Part shown: positions 39,157 through 51,575 of the stretch, piece after piece | Layout: each line of letters starts with the position of its first letter | Position numbering within the stretch: position 1 is the stretch's first letter | Origin: Haplodiscus bocki | Lineage: Eukaryota | Reading direction: 5' to 3' | Length of the DNA stretch: 64,000 nt | Assembly: GCA_965655095.1 (NCBI GenBank) | Contig: OZ296649.1 | Location: forward strand, 33,294,001 to 33,358,000 | The notes under the pieces: model-generated | Told to the model about the DNA's origin: nothing | The model's input: the letters and a program-made list of their open reading frames with translations, nothing else | Databases searched by the model: none | Translations under genes and position numbers: made by a program

Positions 39157-39168
39157 CTGGTCGCACCA
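39157..39168 (-). promoter_or_regulatory. Primer-binding site
   Basis: Minus strand ...GCGACA-aac-TGGTGCGACCAG: LTR end CA, 3-nt spacer, TGG complementary to tRNA CCA. Cognate tRNA not identified. Confidence 0.7.
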
Positions 39169-39171
39169 GTT

Positions 39172-42100
39172 TGTCGCAGGTGGTATGGGTATTGCAAATC
39201 TAATATTTACTTAGTTGTGCTGGCGGTTGACTCAGTCAGCACTGCTGCGTTGTAGCGACGGCTAAAGTTTGTAAGTCTCAATAGTGTGCCTAGCTTAACC
39301 GTGCGAACAAAGGGATTGCGTGAATTCAAGCAAGGACTTGTGAGCTATAGTGGAGAATAATACAAAGGGACGTTAAATTATCAGTGAATGTATTCCATTA
39401 TGTTGAATTGTGAAAAAAAGACTGCACGTACATAAGGGGGAATTACTCAGCTCTGTCTGAGGCTGTAAGCTCGGAATAGCACAGGGAAAGATGCCACATG
39501 GTCTTAAATTTTACGCAATACAGTTACACTATTTAAATTCAAAATTCTTTCCTTTATTTTCAATCAACATCAGCTTAGCAATTTTAGATAAGCGTTTAAA
39601 AACTCAATCTTATCGACTTCTATTTAAATTTGACCCGTGAATTTAGTGGAAATACAGAATTTTATTCAACCAGAAGTCAGAAGATTAAAGGAAGGGTTGA
39701 AAGGGGGATGCCACAAATTGTTAGAATTTAAAAAAAAATTAAAAATTGAATACCGTTAAATTAGTTTTATTTTAGGATTGAAAGTATAAGCGACATCACA
39801 TTAATTCAGACCATTTTAAATTAGTCTGGATTGAAATTATAAAATCAAATATTAAAGTTGAATTAAAAAAATTGAATTAAATTAGGAATTTACAAATCAT
39901 GGATGGAAATTGGACTCTTTCAATTCAGTCCAATTAAGTTGAAAAGTGAACTATCAAAATTAGGAAATTGGACTCTTTCAATTTATTCCAAAAATTTTTG
40001 GTTATCAAATTTACAAAATTGGACTATGCAAATTTAGTCCTAATAAACCATGAATTATATAATGTTAAAATTAACGATGATCCACATCCCCGATTGCTGC
40101 TGCCGATTCCGGAGCTGCAGCTGGAATATCTGTGAATATCTGTAATTAGGGTGAAACATACACCATTGTACTTTTTGACTAGTGCGGGTGATGTACACTT
40201 TCCATCTTGCTTTTTTAGCCAGTCATTTTACAGTTTGTTTTACGTTTAGCTAAACCACGCTATGCTCTAGGTTTCTAGGCCAACGGGTTAAAATCCTAGT
40301 CCCTGTTTTAGTCCCAAGCTGGATAGGCCAGTCTGTTGGGAAAGGGAGTTCAATTTGCATGCATTTTACATTACATGCATTTTACACTACTCTTAACTTG
40401 AAAAATCACCACCGTGTGGTATAAAACCACTCGTTGGGTCTAATCCTAAAGCTGGTTTTTAGTCACCTGCCGATTTCAGTCCGGACTCACAGGACACCAG
40501 CAATTAATTTTTCTTCTCTTTTATCTGCGACCAGGATATAAGTCATTAGGACTGTGAACTGGTCGTGATTATTATATTTGTTTTACTTTTACCAATCAGT
40601 TCTAAGTCTTAGTAAGAAAAGGGAATAAATCACAAAAAAAGGAATTTTAGAAAAGTGGAAAAAGTAACAAAAATGGGCCTCGGTGCGGTGATTACACTCT
40701 ACTACCGGGCAACTAATCCTAGGTCAACTGCTAGCGGGATATCCTCTGCTAGGAACCGTAGTGATAACTAACGGAGGCTGGCGTTGATCATGTACGTGCT
40801 GCTGGTAGGATGAATGCTGGTTGCTGTTGCTTGTTGCTGCTGTTGATAGCTACTGCTGTTTGCTGCTGCTGTTTGCTGCTGCCGGTTTCTGCTGCCGGTT
40901 GCTGCTGTCAATTTCTGCTGATGGTTGCTGCTGCCGGTTGCTGCTGTTGATTTCTGCTGATGGTTGCTGCTGTTATTGCTGCTGCTGGTTGCTGCTGTTG
41001 ATTGCTGCTGCTGGTTGCTGCTGTTGATTGCTGCTGCTGGTTGCTGCTGTCGATTTCTGCTGATGGTTGCTGCTGCTGGTTGCTGGCCGGGAAGTCTCGG
41101 AATATTTCCGGGATGTTGATGATTTGCGGCTAAGACAATTCTGCAGGCGAAAAAGTCTTTGAATATTTTCAGGTGGGGCAGATTTGAGCAGGAAGAATTT
41201 AGCTTGCTGATGGAAAAAAAAGAGAATAGGTTTTTCAAACATTTAGGTGAGAGTTGTGGGTAAGAGAGCTTCGATTCGGCGAAGTAGGCTAGTTGGGCGT
41301 AGCAAGCGAATGAATAAAATGAGGGAGTACGGGGTATTTATACCCTGTTATGACGTGACCTAGTAATTGACCAAGAAGAGCGCTACGAAAAGCGAAGTTA
41401 GTGAAGATCATTAAGTCAGTAGGAACAGTTTGAATTTTGAAAAAGGGACGGGTTCAGCATATTTGATCCGTATCTCGGAAATCAGAATGAATTCTAATTG
41501 CCACGGACGCAGACGAGGTGAGATTTGATCTATGAGTAACGTCATTTCTCTTTCCTAGCAACCTCGTGGGGGTCGTGCAATTTAAGATTCACTCGTGCTT
41601 CAGAACCGGAGCTCGTCAGCGGAATTCGCACACGCTAATACCGAAGCTAGCGTTAGTGGACACCGTTTATACTTCGATGGCAGGAGTATAGAGTTTGTAG
41701 GCAAGAAGAGGAATTTTTTGGAAGTCAGAAAGAAAATGGGACTTGGAATATTTTTGTCCGACGAGAAGAGAGGAGAGAATTTTGTATTGATTTTATCCCA
41801 GTAAAAGGGAAGAGGAGAGTAAAGCAGGAAGAGGGTAAGATAAGAGAGTAAGGTAAAGTATGAGAAGTAAGCCGTCCGGTAAGCGAGTAAGTAAGTAATG
41901 ATCAGGTCGCTTTCCCGTACCAGCCACAAAATGCAGCTATACTACATCACCGGTCACGTGACGGTATAAGCCAATCGCGTTGAACCACAATCCAACGCTT
42001 TTAGAATTTTTGCTTTTCTCCTTTCCTTTTCTCCTTTCCTTGTGCAATTCCATTCCTTCAGTCTTTTTTATATCGTATTACTCTTCCTTTCACCAGCTCA

Positions 42101-42218
42101 GCTCCCAGGTTAGTCAAAAACACACGCAGTTAAAAATTAGTCATTTCCTGTTTAATAGCTTCTGGCACGAATCTGAGGAATATACTATTTTTGTTTAAGC
42201 GTTAGGTATAACGCGACA
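39172..42218 (-). repeat. Probable ~3-kb 5' LTR of the Gypsy element
   Basis: Bounded by TGTCGC...GCGACA inverted termini. Minus-strand TATAAATA at ~41335-41342 and AATAAA motifs near 39550-39770. An alternative GCGACA at 39790-39795 would give a 624-bp LTR. Confidence 0.55.
40820..41085. repeat. Degenerate CAG/CAA-rich microsatellite inside the LTR
   Basis: Repeated ttgctgctgctgg / atttctgctgatgg units. Confidence 0.9.
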
Positions 42219-42939
42219 TCTCCAAGTAAAAAAACTGCAAAATGTTTTCAGTGGCAAAAACTGACTGCAGACAAATGAGAGCAAAATTTCTGGCTCTATA
42301 GATGTGCAATTTTTGACGTGAATATAATTTTTGTTATTTTCGCTAAATCAGATGTTTTCCGTCTTTCTAGATTTTTAAAGTTTAAGACCGACCTACCGTC
42401 CTTGAAGCCTATCTATCTAGCAAATTAGAGCTTCTGCTGGTACCTAGCCAATAAACACTGTGGTAGAGCAGCTTAATAATCATTTTTCAACAAGTTTTTC
42501 TGCAAAGCTATGAAGAAACGTAAAAGTTTCTTTTTCAAAAACAAACTTACGCAAACTAACCGGTTCTTCGTAGCTAAGAAAGTTTCCGCATTTTGGAGTT
42601 TTTTTAATCCTGAACTGATTTTTAGAATTGCATTCTAACAACTGATTGCTGAGTTTCAAATTAGATTGGAATCTCTCAGCTTAATGTTTACAGAAACTGG
42701 CTCCTTTTGTGTGGAGAGGGACTTTTTGACAATCTTTAGTACTCGAAAACAACTTCACTTTCTTGCACACGAGGACAGATAAACGCGCTAAATGAACATA
42801 ATTACTCTAGTGTAATTCGCACGGCAGTTTTACTTTACCCTGGCATTTTGCCAATTCCTTAGTAGGCATTGCTGTCTCCACGAAAATCAAAGCACCGGAA
42901 GGAAGTATACTGTCACTCGATTTTCAGCCGTAGGGTCGT

Positions 42940-43480
42940 AAAGGTAGTGGATAGTAAACGGTTGGATAATCGAGGGATACATGATGGTATCAGGAAGGTT
43001 CTGGTGTTTTCAGAAGAACTAATCGAAACATATAAAAGAGCACCAAAATGAACCTACAAAAAACGCAAGACAATAGAGTGATGAATAAGAGATGTATAAT
43101 TTCTGTGACGGATAATTAATGGATAAATGGTGGTATCACGATTTTTTTGTCATTTTCGGGAAAATACAATTTGAAAATGCAAAGGGAAGCCAATAAGCAT
43201 GCGTCGAAAGTTGGCTGGCGAAGACGTGGGATAATAGAGTGGTGGATAGTTGAGGGATTAACATAGCGGCGGATGAAAGAGGGATTAATTGCGTGGCGGA
43301 TAATCGAGGAAAAATGGGAGATATCGAGAAATTATCTCATATTTTTGTGTAAAAATTTGAAAAAGCAAAGATACCGAAAATTTGCATGTTAAGTTGGTAA
43401 AATTGGTGAATATTGAGGTGGCATATAACCGAGAGACATATAGAATGACATATAATCGGGAAATAAACTGGAGCTACCAC
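42940..43480. repeat. Dispersed array of GGATAATCGAG-like motifs
   Basis: ggataatcgagggata (~42964), ggataattaatggata (~43110), ggataatagag (~43229), ggataatcgagg (~43298), tataatcggg (~43451). Confidence 0.5.
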
Positions 43481-43599
43481 GACATTTAAGACACATGTTT
43501 TTGGGTATGACGAAAACTTTCAATGTTAGGTTCTCAAAACAATTTAGCCATATGCAACCCATCTATAGTTTGCCACAATGTAAAACTGGCGAATGTAAA

Positions 43600-43740
43600 A
43601 ATACCTGCGATGGCGGCAAGTAAACTATACCGCAGGTAAAATTATTTGCGAATTCAGGCAAAAATCTCCGCAGGTAGCGGTTGCATGCGGTTTCCGCAAA
43701 TAACCTTCAATGAAATACCTGCACTCGCAGGTAATTTAGC
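43600..43740. repeat. Cluster of CGCAGGTA / TACCTGC motifs in both orientations (MITE-like)
   Basis: tacctgcg ~43602, cgcaggta ~43631, ~43669 and ~43726, tacctgca ~43717. Confidence 0.5.
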
Positions 43741-46700
43741 TCAAGCTTTTAATCTGAGTGTCAAGATGAGTTTTCAAAACTAGGAACGTTTCCCTCAAAC
43801 AAGTACAACACAAATTGAGCAAAGTAACCATTTCCTGCCTTTGAATTCAATGGTAAACCTTTCAAAACTGAACTTTTTTCGAAAAAGATGAACTGTTCAT
43901 TGTTGGCTGTTCAATCCGTTATGCAAAAAAATACGGCTGACGTAAACATTTTTCACTTTGGCGGTTTTGATCAAGAGCAGGCTGCTGTCAATATTTCAAT
44001 TTTTTAAACTTCACCGAGTGAACGGAAAATGTCAAACAAATTTAGGATATGGGTGTGAATACCGCTTGAAAGTACCGTCCTCTATTGATGATATGGAACA
44101 CTACTGAAGTTGGAAAAATCATTGGAATTTAGAAAAAAGAAAAACACCTAGCTTTTTTTCAGGGAAAATTTCAAAAAATGGTCAATCCAATTTTCAGACA
44201 AATGATTATTAAAAAAGACTGAAAGCTAGCGAACAATGTTTCGACGAGAAATTTGTTATGTCTTTTCGAACTGAAGCTGCAAAAAACAGTTGTGGTTCCG
44301 TTTCATATTAGATTTCAAACCATAGAAATGGGGAAACAAATTCTGAAAAGAAACGACACAAAAGAGCATTTTATTGGACTACATTAGAGTAGAAAACAAT
44401 CACATTAAGTCCAACTTTGAAGAAGGAAAGGCAAAACGACAATTGGGGATTTTAACTGATTGCTTCAAAAAAAGCACATCAAAATAGTGAAGCTTTCATA
44501 ATCTGTTTCTTACAGAAATGGTTGAGCATCAAATCAATTAACATATAACATTGTGCCTATACTGCAGTTGAGCATCTTAAAAGATCGCAAAATTCTTGAA
44601 CAATTAGTGAATTGACTTCAGGCACTTTCTTCTGGCTTTCAAGTTACCACCAGCATTCACTTATACGAAAAAATATGTCTTTTCGACAGGTTTTCGAAAT
44701 TCAAGTTTTTGTTTACATCTTAAACGGTTGCCTGGAGCAAAGTTTTCTTGAGTCAAACCAAAAAAATCGAAGGAAGCGCAGTAAAATTTGAAAATGCCTG
44801 CGCGGGCAGAAATCAAGAATTAGATTTTTCCGCCAGATATCCTATAGTTCTCTTTATATTGGCTACATATGTCTCAGCTGAAGTGTTTCCTATTATTGCT
44901 ACTGCCTTCGATGCTGATATTGCCATGTATTTTCCGCTAATAGTCGATAAATCAAAAAAGCAACACGATGATCTAGTTTCCAGAACTCCTTCATTTTTTG
45001 TTTATAAGTGAATTTTTTTCTATTCATGTGACCGTTAATGACTGTGCATGGAGACTCTGCATCTTGCAGCGTAGTGACGCTTGCTTTGCAGATTGCCTTT
45101 TTTCGATTGTTGAAGTTGAAGTTGAAAGTGTTGCTCTTGTGAGAATCGATAATCTAACGAGGTATGTTTTCACTCCGCACTTGACTAGTTCAAGTCATGT
45201 TTCGCGATAAAGAGGTTAAAACCACTGCTTAATAACAGCCACCCAGAAACAGCGTTCGCCAAAATGCTTGTTTGTAGATTTTGCAGATGATTTCAACTCA
45301 CGCGTTCGTGAATTGTCTTACAATAACCCTTCCTCACAGAAACTCGAGTTTAACATGTAGGAATGCACTGGCAGTTGATGAAAAACACAATACATGAGAA
45401 CAGTGTCCTTAAAATTGAATTGTTCTCCAATAAAAAGACAATGTAATTGACGAAGATTAACTGTAGTCGAAGCGAAAGTCGTCCAAAGAAAATTCAACTT
45501 AGCAGCTCTTTTCGGAACCGAGTGTCGCTTCTCAATCAGATATTCAGTCAAGCCAAAAAATAGTGAGATACAATGGTCGAGCGTGTTGCTCACAGAACTC
45601 AAGATTGAAAACTCAGTGGTTACATGAAACAGGTGTCTTTATTAGACGAAAAGTGCCTCTATGGATAATTACAGCCAGCAGAAGGCTGTCGAGGACAACG
45701 ACTACCATTTTTATAACAAAAGTCAATTTAATTGCGTACCCATCTATGATGAGAGTTTCAGGCACAGGGCCAATTAGATTGTTCATAAATGTATTTTGCG
45801 TTCTGAAACGATTTACTCTAAGTATCAAGGAGGATAGCACTAGAAAATTTCATCCGATAACTCTTCTCAATGAAAAAGATCCGCAACTAAAATTGTATTC
45901 CTTTAAAATCTCAAAAAGACTGATTTATCATCCGTAATGACATGATAACCCAGTAGGCAATCATTGAGAAAACTAGAAAAAGGCAACAGTTACAGAAAAA
46001 AAACGCCATAAAATCGATACTTGAGGTGTACCTGAGTGACCAGTCTTCTATCAAGAAAAAAGCAATAGTTCAGTACTTTCTGAGTCCGGGCTTTCAAATA
46101 AGAAGGTCATAACGTAAGATTTTTGTCATCTATCCCAATTTTGGGTAAAATCTTTAGCAGTTAAAATTTACGATCAACTGTGTAGAAAGCAGCAGAAAAG
46201 TCAATGTTTCTTTGAAGCCGCGGAAAAGTTTGGAAATTGTTTCCAAAAATGATGCTTCACTGGTGTGGAAGACTCTATAGGCAGTTGATATTGGTCGAGT
46301 ATGGAGTTTCTGACACAAAAGATTAAAGTTGTAGATCAATGGGTTTTCACAAGTTTTGGGAACAATTGAAAGTTAGCTAGTAATCGATCGATATCATCAT
46401 TTCTGAAGATTGTTAAAACTAAAACTACCCAACCTATGAATTCCTTAGGAAAATTGCCTTTTTTAAAATTCATTTTTATTACCAGAAGTGTTCAGAGGAA
46501 CAACAAAAGCTTCTTCAAAACAGACGAGGGTGAAACTTGGCCTGGCTGGGACGTAGCATAAACAATGGACGTGATGCGAGACAAAACTTCCCTGTTAATC
46601 ATTTCAAGCGTATCTAATGAAGCGTTTTTGTGAAAGTCCAATTTCAGCGCCAGCCGTAGGGTTGCTTGACAGAAATTTATCAACTCTGAAAAAAGCAATT

Positions 46701-47246
46701 GTTTGAAAAATCTAGCTAGTTCTGTTCCAGTGAAAACAAAAGGTAAAGTTTTTTTTTATCAGAACCAACGAGAGATTAAATTGCAGAAATTTTTGTTGTC
46801 ATCGTTTCTGTAATAGCAAAGATACCATGACAAGGTACAAATTTTCACCTTTGTACTATGTTGACAACTAGCGTAGTCAATGTGGGAATCAGTCTTTTTA
46901 CAGAGTCTTTCACCTTGTCGTATTTTCCTCCTTCGGATCCTCAGTTTAAAATTATAAAAAGACAGTTACGTTCAATTAAAGGCGTTTTCGACAGGAGCCT
47001 TTCGATCAGCAATAACCTTTCCGGTTCCGATGAAATTCGCATTAGGTTCTCCCAAATCAAAAACTTCAAACAATGTAGTACAATTTTCATTAAAAAGGCT
47101 GATTTCAGGTCTTTTAGCATTCTGTAGGATAGGATTTATACATAAGACGAATACACGTGAGTACAACAAACCAACTGAAGTTTAATCATTCACGATCAAA
47201 AACAGCGATGTCCAAAGCGGACTTTTCCATCATTCAGATGCTGATA

Positions 47247-47446
47247 NNNNNNNNNNNNNNNNNNNNNNNNNNNNNNNNNNNNNNNNNNNNNNNNNNNNNN
47301 NNNNNNNNNNNNNNNNNNNNNNNNNNNNNNNNNNNNNNNNNNNNNNNNNNNNNNNNNNNNNNNNNNNNNNNNNNNNNNNNNNNNNNNNNNNNNNNNNNNN
47401 NNNNNNNNNNNNNNNNNNNNNNNNNNNNNNNNNNNNNNNNNNNNNN
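47247..47446. other. Assembly gap (200 N)
   Basis: Run of exactly 200 N, probably a scaffolding placeholder. Confidence 1.
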
Positions 47447-48241
47447 TCGGAATCTGATTGGTGATAGAACCGTAAAGAGTATTTCTGACTAACTGAAAAA
47501 ATGATATTTTCTTGGAATAATTTGGTAGGTTGTGAGTGGATTTGAGGCTACCACAGAAAATAGCATTGTCATAGAATTTTTTATGAGAATTACATTGATA
47601 TTTCAACTAAAAAGGTCGATGGTTTTGTCTGAGAATAAAGATTTAGGTTTTGTTGATATTGCGGCTAAGATAGACAATAGGGTTTTCGTGGTGTTTTTTT
47701 GCTAAACTAGAGTTGGACCTAGAAATTAGTCCAAGAAGAGTAGAGAAACGAATGATGTTTCACATAGAATAATTTTTTCCTAAGAAAAAAAGAAAGAAGA
47801 AGAATAGGACTCATAATACTTTGTCCGAGCGATTAAAAAGGGAAAATAAGAGAGGCGGAAACGGCAAATTTTGTCCAAAGGTTAAAAGTGTAAAAAAGGA
47901 GTTTGACTTAGAACTGTTTTGTCCAGGAGAGCAAGTCAGACGATGAGTGAGGAATACCGTTCGTTAAACGGGAAGGAAATTTATGGTCCAATTGGTTGCA
48001 CTGTTCGACTCCAAAATAACAGCCTGCAGGTATAACATGCAACCAATAAGGCATCAGCTCGTACTGAGCATGTTAGCAGCTGGAGCCAAGAGTAAAGTAG
48101 CAATAACTGTTCCAACTATTCTTCTATTCCGTCAGCTGTTAGTTCATTTTTTGATCGTGCCCAGACTTCAGGAGGACCGCCAACTTAAAACGTTTGCTTC
48201 AATTAAAAATCTAATGTTAAGGCTATTCTTGTATTGCGACA
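47447..48241 (-). mobile_element. LTR-like segment, same family as 26049-27353, inverted and cut by the gap
   Basis: Minus strand starts TGTCGCAATAC. ggagagcaagtcag...gggaaggaaa...ctccaaa..aacagc...ttagcagc..gagccaa aligns with the reverse complement of 26221-26400. Confidence 0.6.
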
Positions 48242-51212
48242 GGAGTGAGGGTTTATACGGTCATCTGTATCTTTTGAAAGACTGTGATTAAAGCATGGGC
48301 ACAGTTTTGAATTTTAAACATTTTAAGTTTTTGGTTTTTCGCTTGAAAGTGCCTTTTCATTAGAAATTCAACAGAATAATGAATGGAAATGGACAGCCCA
48401 TTTAGAGCAAGGGTGGAAAGCAGAATTGATCAATGTTTTTCTTGGCCCGTTGTTAGTCCAGTATTGGAATGTGGTGAGTTTTAGTGAAAACAGCAAAGAG
48501 TAATGATAATGGTAAACAAAGACCCGATGTTTGTGTGAAATCACTTGATGTTGAATACACAGGAACCACAGAATCTTTAACAGTGGGGTTACTTATCATG
48601 ATACATAAACAGTAAAATCACCAATATTCAGATTGTCGTAAAATCGCAAAATTTCTCTCCTATATACTTGATTCGTAATTTCTCAAAACTTGGTTAGTTG
48701 CCTTTGAGCACCGTTGACAAAGTGATAAAATTTGTTTTCCTTGAAAACAACTGAAAAGAGGTTTTGGATCCCTCACTGCAATATAGGAGTCATCCGAGCC
48801 AATCAAGACCTTTTTGCATGTGTTTGGTGCATATACTCTGCTAGGGTTCTCCCCATATGTAGGAACTGCTTCGGTTCGTTGGTGATAAAGATGCCGGATT
48901 TGAATGAAACGACATCGAGTTTACCGTTTTTGTTCTCCTGGAACAGGACCTAATCATTACCAATTAATGGAAAAATTACTGTAGAAGAGAGTTTCTATTT
49001 GGTTGGGTTAGTGTTTTGTTTTTTCTGACAGAATTTCAAGGATATCATTCCAATACCTTATAATCATCATGAAGTGGCTAATAGGAAGATTTCAGATGCA
49101 CTAGAACTTTTTCTGTTTCTTTCTTATAGAGGTAGAAATAACCAATAAGTTTCAGTGTCCCAATTACAGCGGTTGGAGTTAGATTTTCCCAGTTGTAGCA
49201 ATTTCAGAAAGAATAGGTTTGATGATTTTTATCCAATATGTGTCCCGGTTTTTCAACAGTCAGGCAAATCAAAACTATCTTTGCGAGAACGAATTTCAGA
49301 GTTTTGACGTGAGATGTCATGGACGTGCATTATCCGATTCTTAGAGTTGGATATCTGTAAGGTCTCATTGATATAGAGTGAAGGAGTACCGTGGCTCACT
49401 TTTTCCTTCGAGAAGCTCGCTATTCTTTTGGTAGAGAAAATGGGAGGAAGTTAGGAACTACAAAAGTTTTTTATTAAAAGCAGTTTTCCATCACCAAAAA
49501 ACAGCTTAACAGTTTCCTCATCAAGTGTGCCAGGAGCATGAGCGTACATTAAATGAACAGCCGACATTTCTTTTATTCGCCCGGGTCAGGTGGGTTGCAG
49601 GCGGTTCCAGCAACTAAGACTAAGATAGTTGATCACTAATTGAATTTCGATGGAGTGGAAGTAAATCAATCCTAGAGGAGTTTTGTATTTTTTGGTATAA
49701 TCAAAGAAATCTAAGTACTTTTGAATGTAAAAAATTCAAGTTGTAGTAATTTATGTGGTCTTTTATGCCGGTGTTCAGTATAGCCAACTTGTATATTGTT
49801 CGTAGTTTTTAGTGGGTCATCTGGAAGAGCACTTTTTTCAGTCCATATTGGATATTTACTTTAGCAGGTCGGCCGGTTTGTACACTTACATTTGGTTTTT
49901 ATCGAGTTGAGAAAGGAGCAGAAATGTTTCCAACATCTTTACGATGTGTGGCGCAACACAGTCTTTGTTTGCTATTGATGGTTCGGAATGTTGTATGTTA
50001 TCAAAAACGGTAAATTTGGTGTCTGGGAAGCAAGTTATTTTGTATATTTCAGATTTTGTTGAGTGTAAGGTCAAAAGAGAGCTTTCGAGAATTGGATGAT
50101 GTTGCTTGGTGGGCATTTTCAATCATTAGAGTTTTCATTCCTGGTTCCTGTCCTGGAGCACTACAGCTATGTTGAAAATCTGTGTTCTGCCGCTATCTTC
50201 ATATTCAGGCGAAACGTTCAGTAGTTTCAGGATCATATGATTGAACAACTGAATGAAAAAATTTCAGAAAATCCTTCACATGGTGAAGGGTTGATTTTGC
50301 TGTAGTAATAGCAGTTTCAATGTATCCTATTAAACGATTTCGAAAAGTAGCAGTTTGTACGAGAAGCCTTGTTTTCGATCAAAAAAGCCGGTAGATAATG
50401 GTAGACATTGATTAGTTTCAATGAGGGACATGTATTTTTTTAAATTTTTGTTGGAAGTGATTTTGTGGTATGTCAAAAAAAATACTTCAAAAATAATCAG
50501 TGGTGAAAAACGGACCTTTGGTACTTTCCATTGAAAAGGTTGAGTAATCTCAGAATGTGGTTCTTAAAACGTGGGTCTTTTTAAGTTTTTGTAAACTGGG
50601 AGGGAAAATTGATCATTTTTTTATCGGCTGTGTGAAAAATTCGGCTGGTGATTGACCTTCATAAAAAAGATCGAATTGCGTAGAAAACTATATTAAAAGA
50701 CTTTCTGGATTTTCTCTTCAAAGAACAGCGTTCTCAAATCACTTTATATTTTCTCAATGGCAGCTAATGGGATAACAAACTATCTTCACTTTGCAGAAAA
50801 AAGACTTTGGGATGCTATTATAAAATAGTGTTCTTTGGCAGCTTCAGATTGGTATGCAATCATCAATGTTTTTGAAGTATTAGATTGACTAGTAAAAGAA
50901 AAGTTGAACAGTTTTGGGTTCATCGTAAACGTTGGAAGATTCAAAAGTGAGATTGAATCACCACTATCTAAAGGAAAGCTAAGGTCAAATGTAATAAGCT
51001 GATTTTGCCAGGTAAATTCGTAGAATGTACAGAAAAAGTACTAAACTAACTATTAGTTGAGATAGATTTGGTCATAATAGTGGTAAACATATCAACTTCA
51101 AAGTTTACGGCTTCTTAACAATTTAACTAACTATTTTCACTGTGGTGTTTAGTTTCATCAGTATAAATATGTTTGACAAATTTTTTGTTGAATGTGGAAG
51201 GTCTGGAATGGT

Positions 51213-51575
51213 TCAACCAAGTTTTTCCGGGAGATCGATATGAAAAACAATTGTTTGTGGAGAATGGGTTTCGAAAATAAGATTTTCAACGTGGTGACGA
51301 TCTATTCCGACGTGGTGAAGGTTACGAGAGTATAATTGGGGACTGGGAATTTCTTCGACAATAGTAGGGACTAAAACATGATCTGGTGTCGTTTCAATTC
51401 CTAATTCGCGTATCATAGGGCTGGGATCGATGATAAATCTTTGATTTAAAATTTTTTCTTGTTCTGCATCCACTAAAGTACCTGTTTCTAAGGACTTGTG
51501 AACTGTATGATCAGTTCCCCATATCATGAAGGGAGTGAGGAAAGTAAGTAACAAGATAAGAAATTGATTGTTCAA
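51213..51575 (-). pseudogene. N-terminal relic of a signal-peptide-bearing protein in a decayed element
   Basis: NNQFLILLLTFLTPFMIWG-TD signal-peptide-like start (TTG, not ATG). Further interrupted coding-like sequence continues on the minus strand toward ~48700. Confidence 0.35.

Larger units (their letters stand above)
28080..42218 (-). mobile_element. Large degenerate Ty3/Gypsy LTR retrotransposon with macrodomain and 5'/3' accessory ORFs; 3' LTR absent
   Basis: Minus-strand order LTR, PBS, small ORFs, gag (CCHC), PR, macro, RT, RNase H, integrase (GPF), accessory region. PR-RT-RH-IN order diagnoses Ty3/Gypsy. Many frameshifts and stops. Confidence 0.92.

Noticed and set aside
40768-41242. 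Host polyglutamine gene
   Set aside because: Low-complexity CAG repeats are open in several frames and lie within LTR-like sequence.
44400-47240. Possible decayed transposase or env on the minus strand
   Set aside because: Coding-like fragments, but no diagnostic motif could be recognised.
47157-47606. ORFs spanning the N run
   Set aside because: Artefacts of translating the assembly gap.
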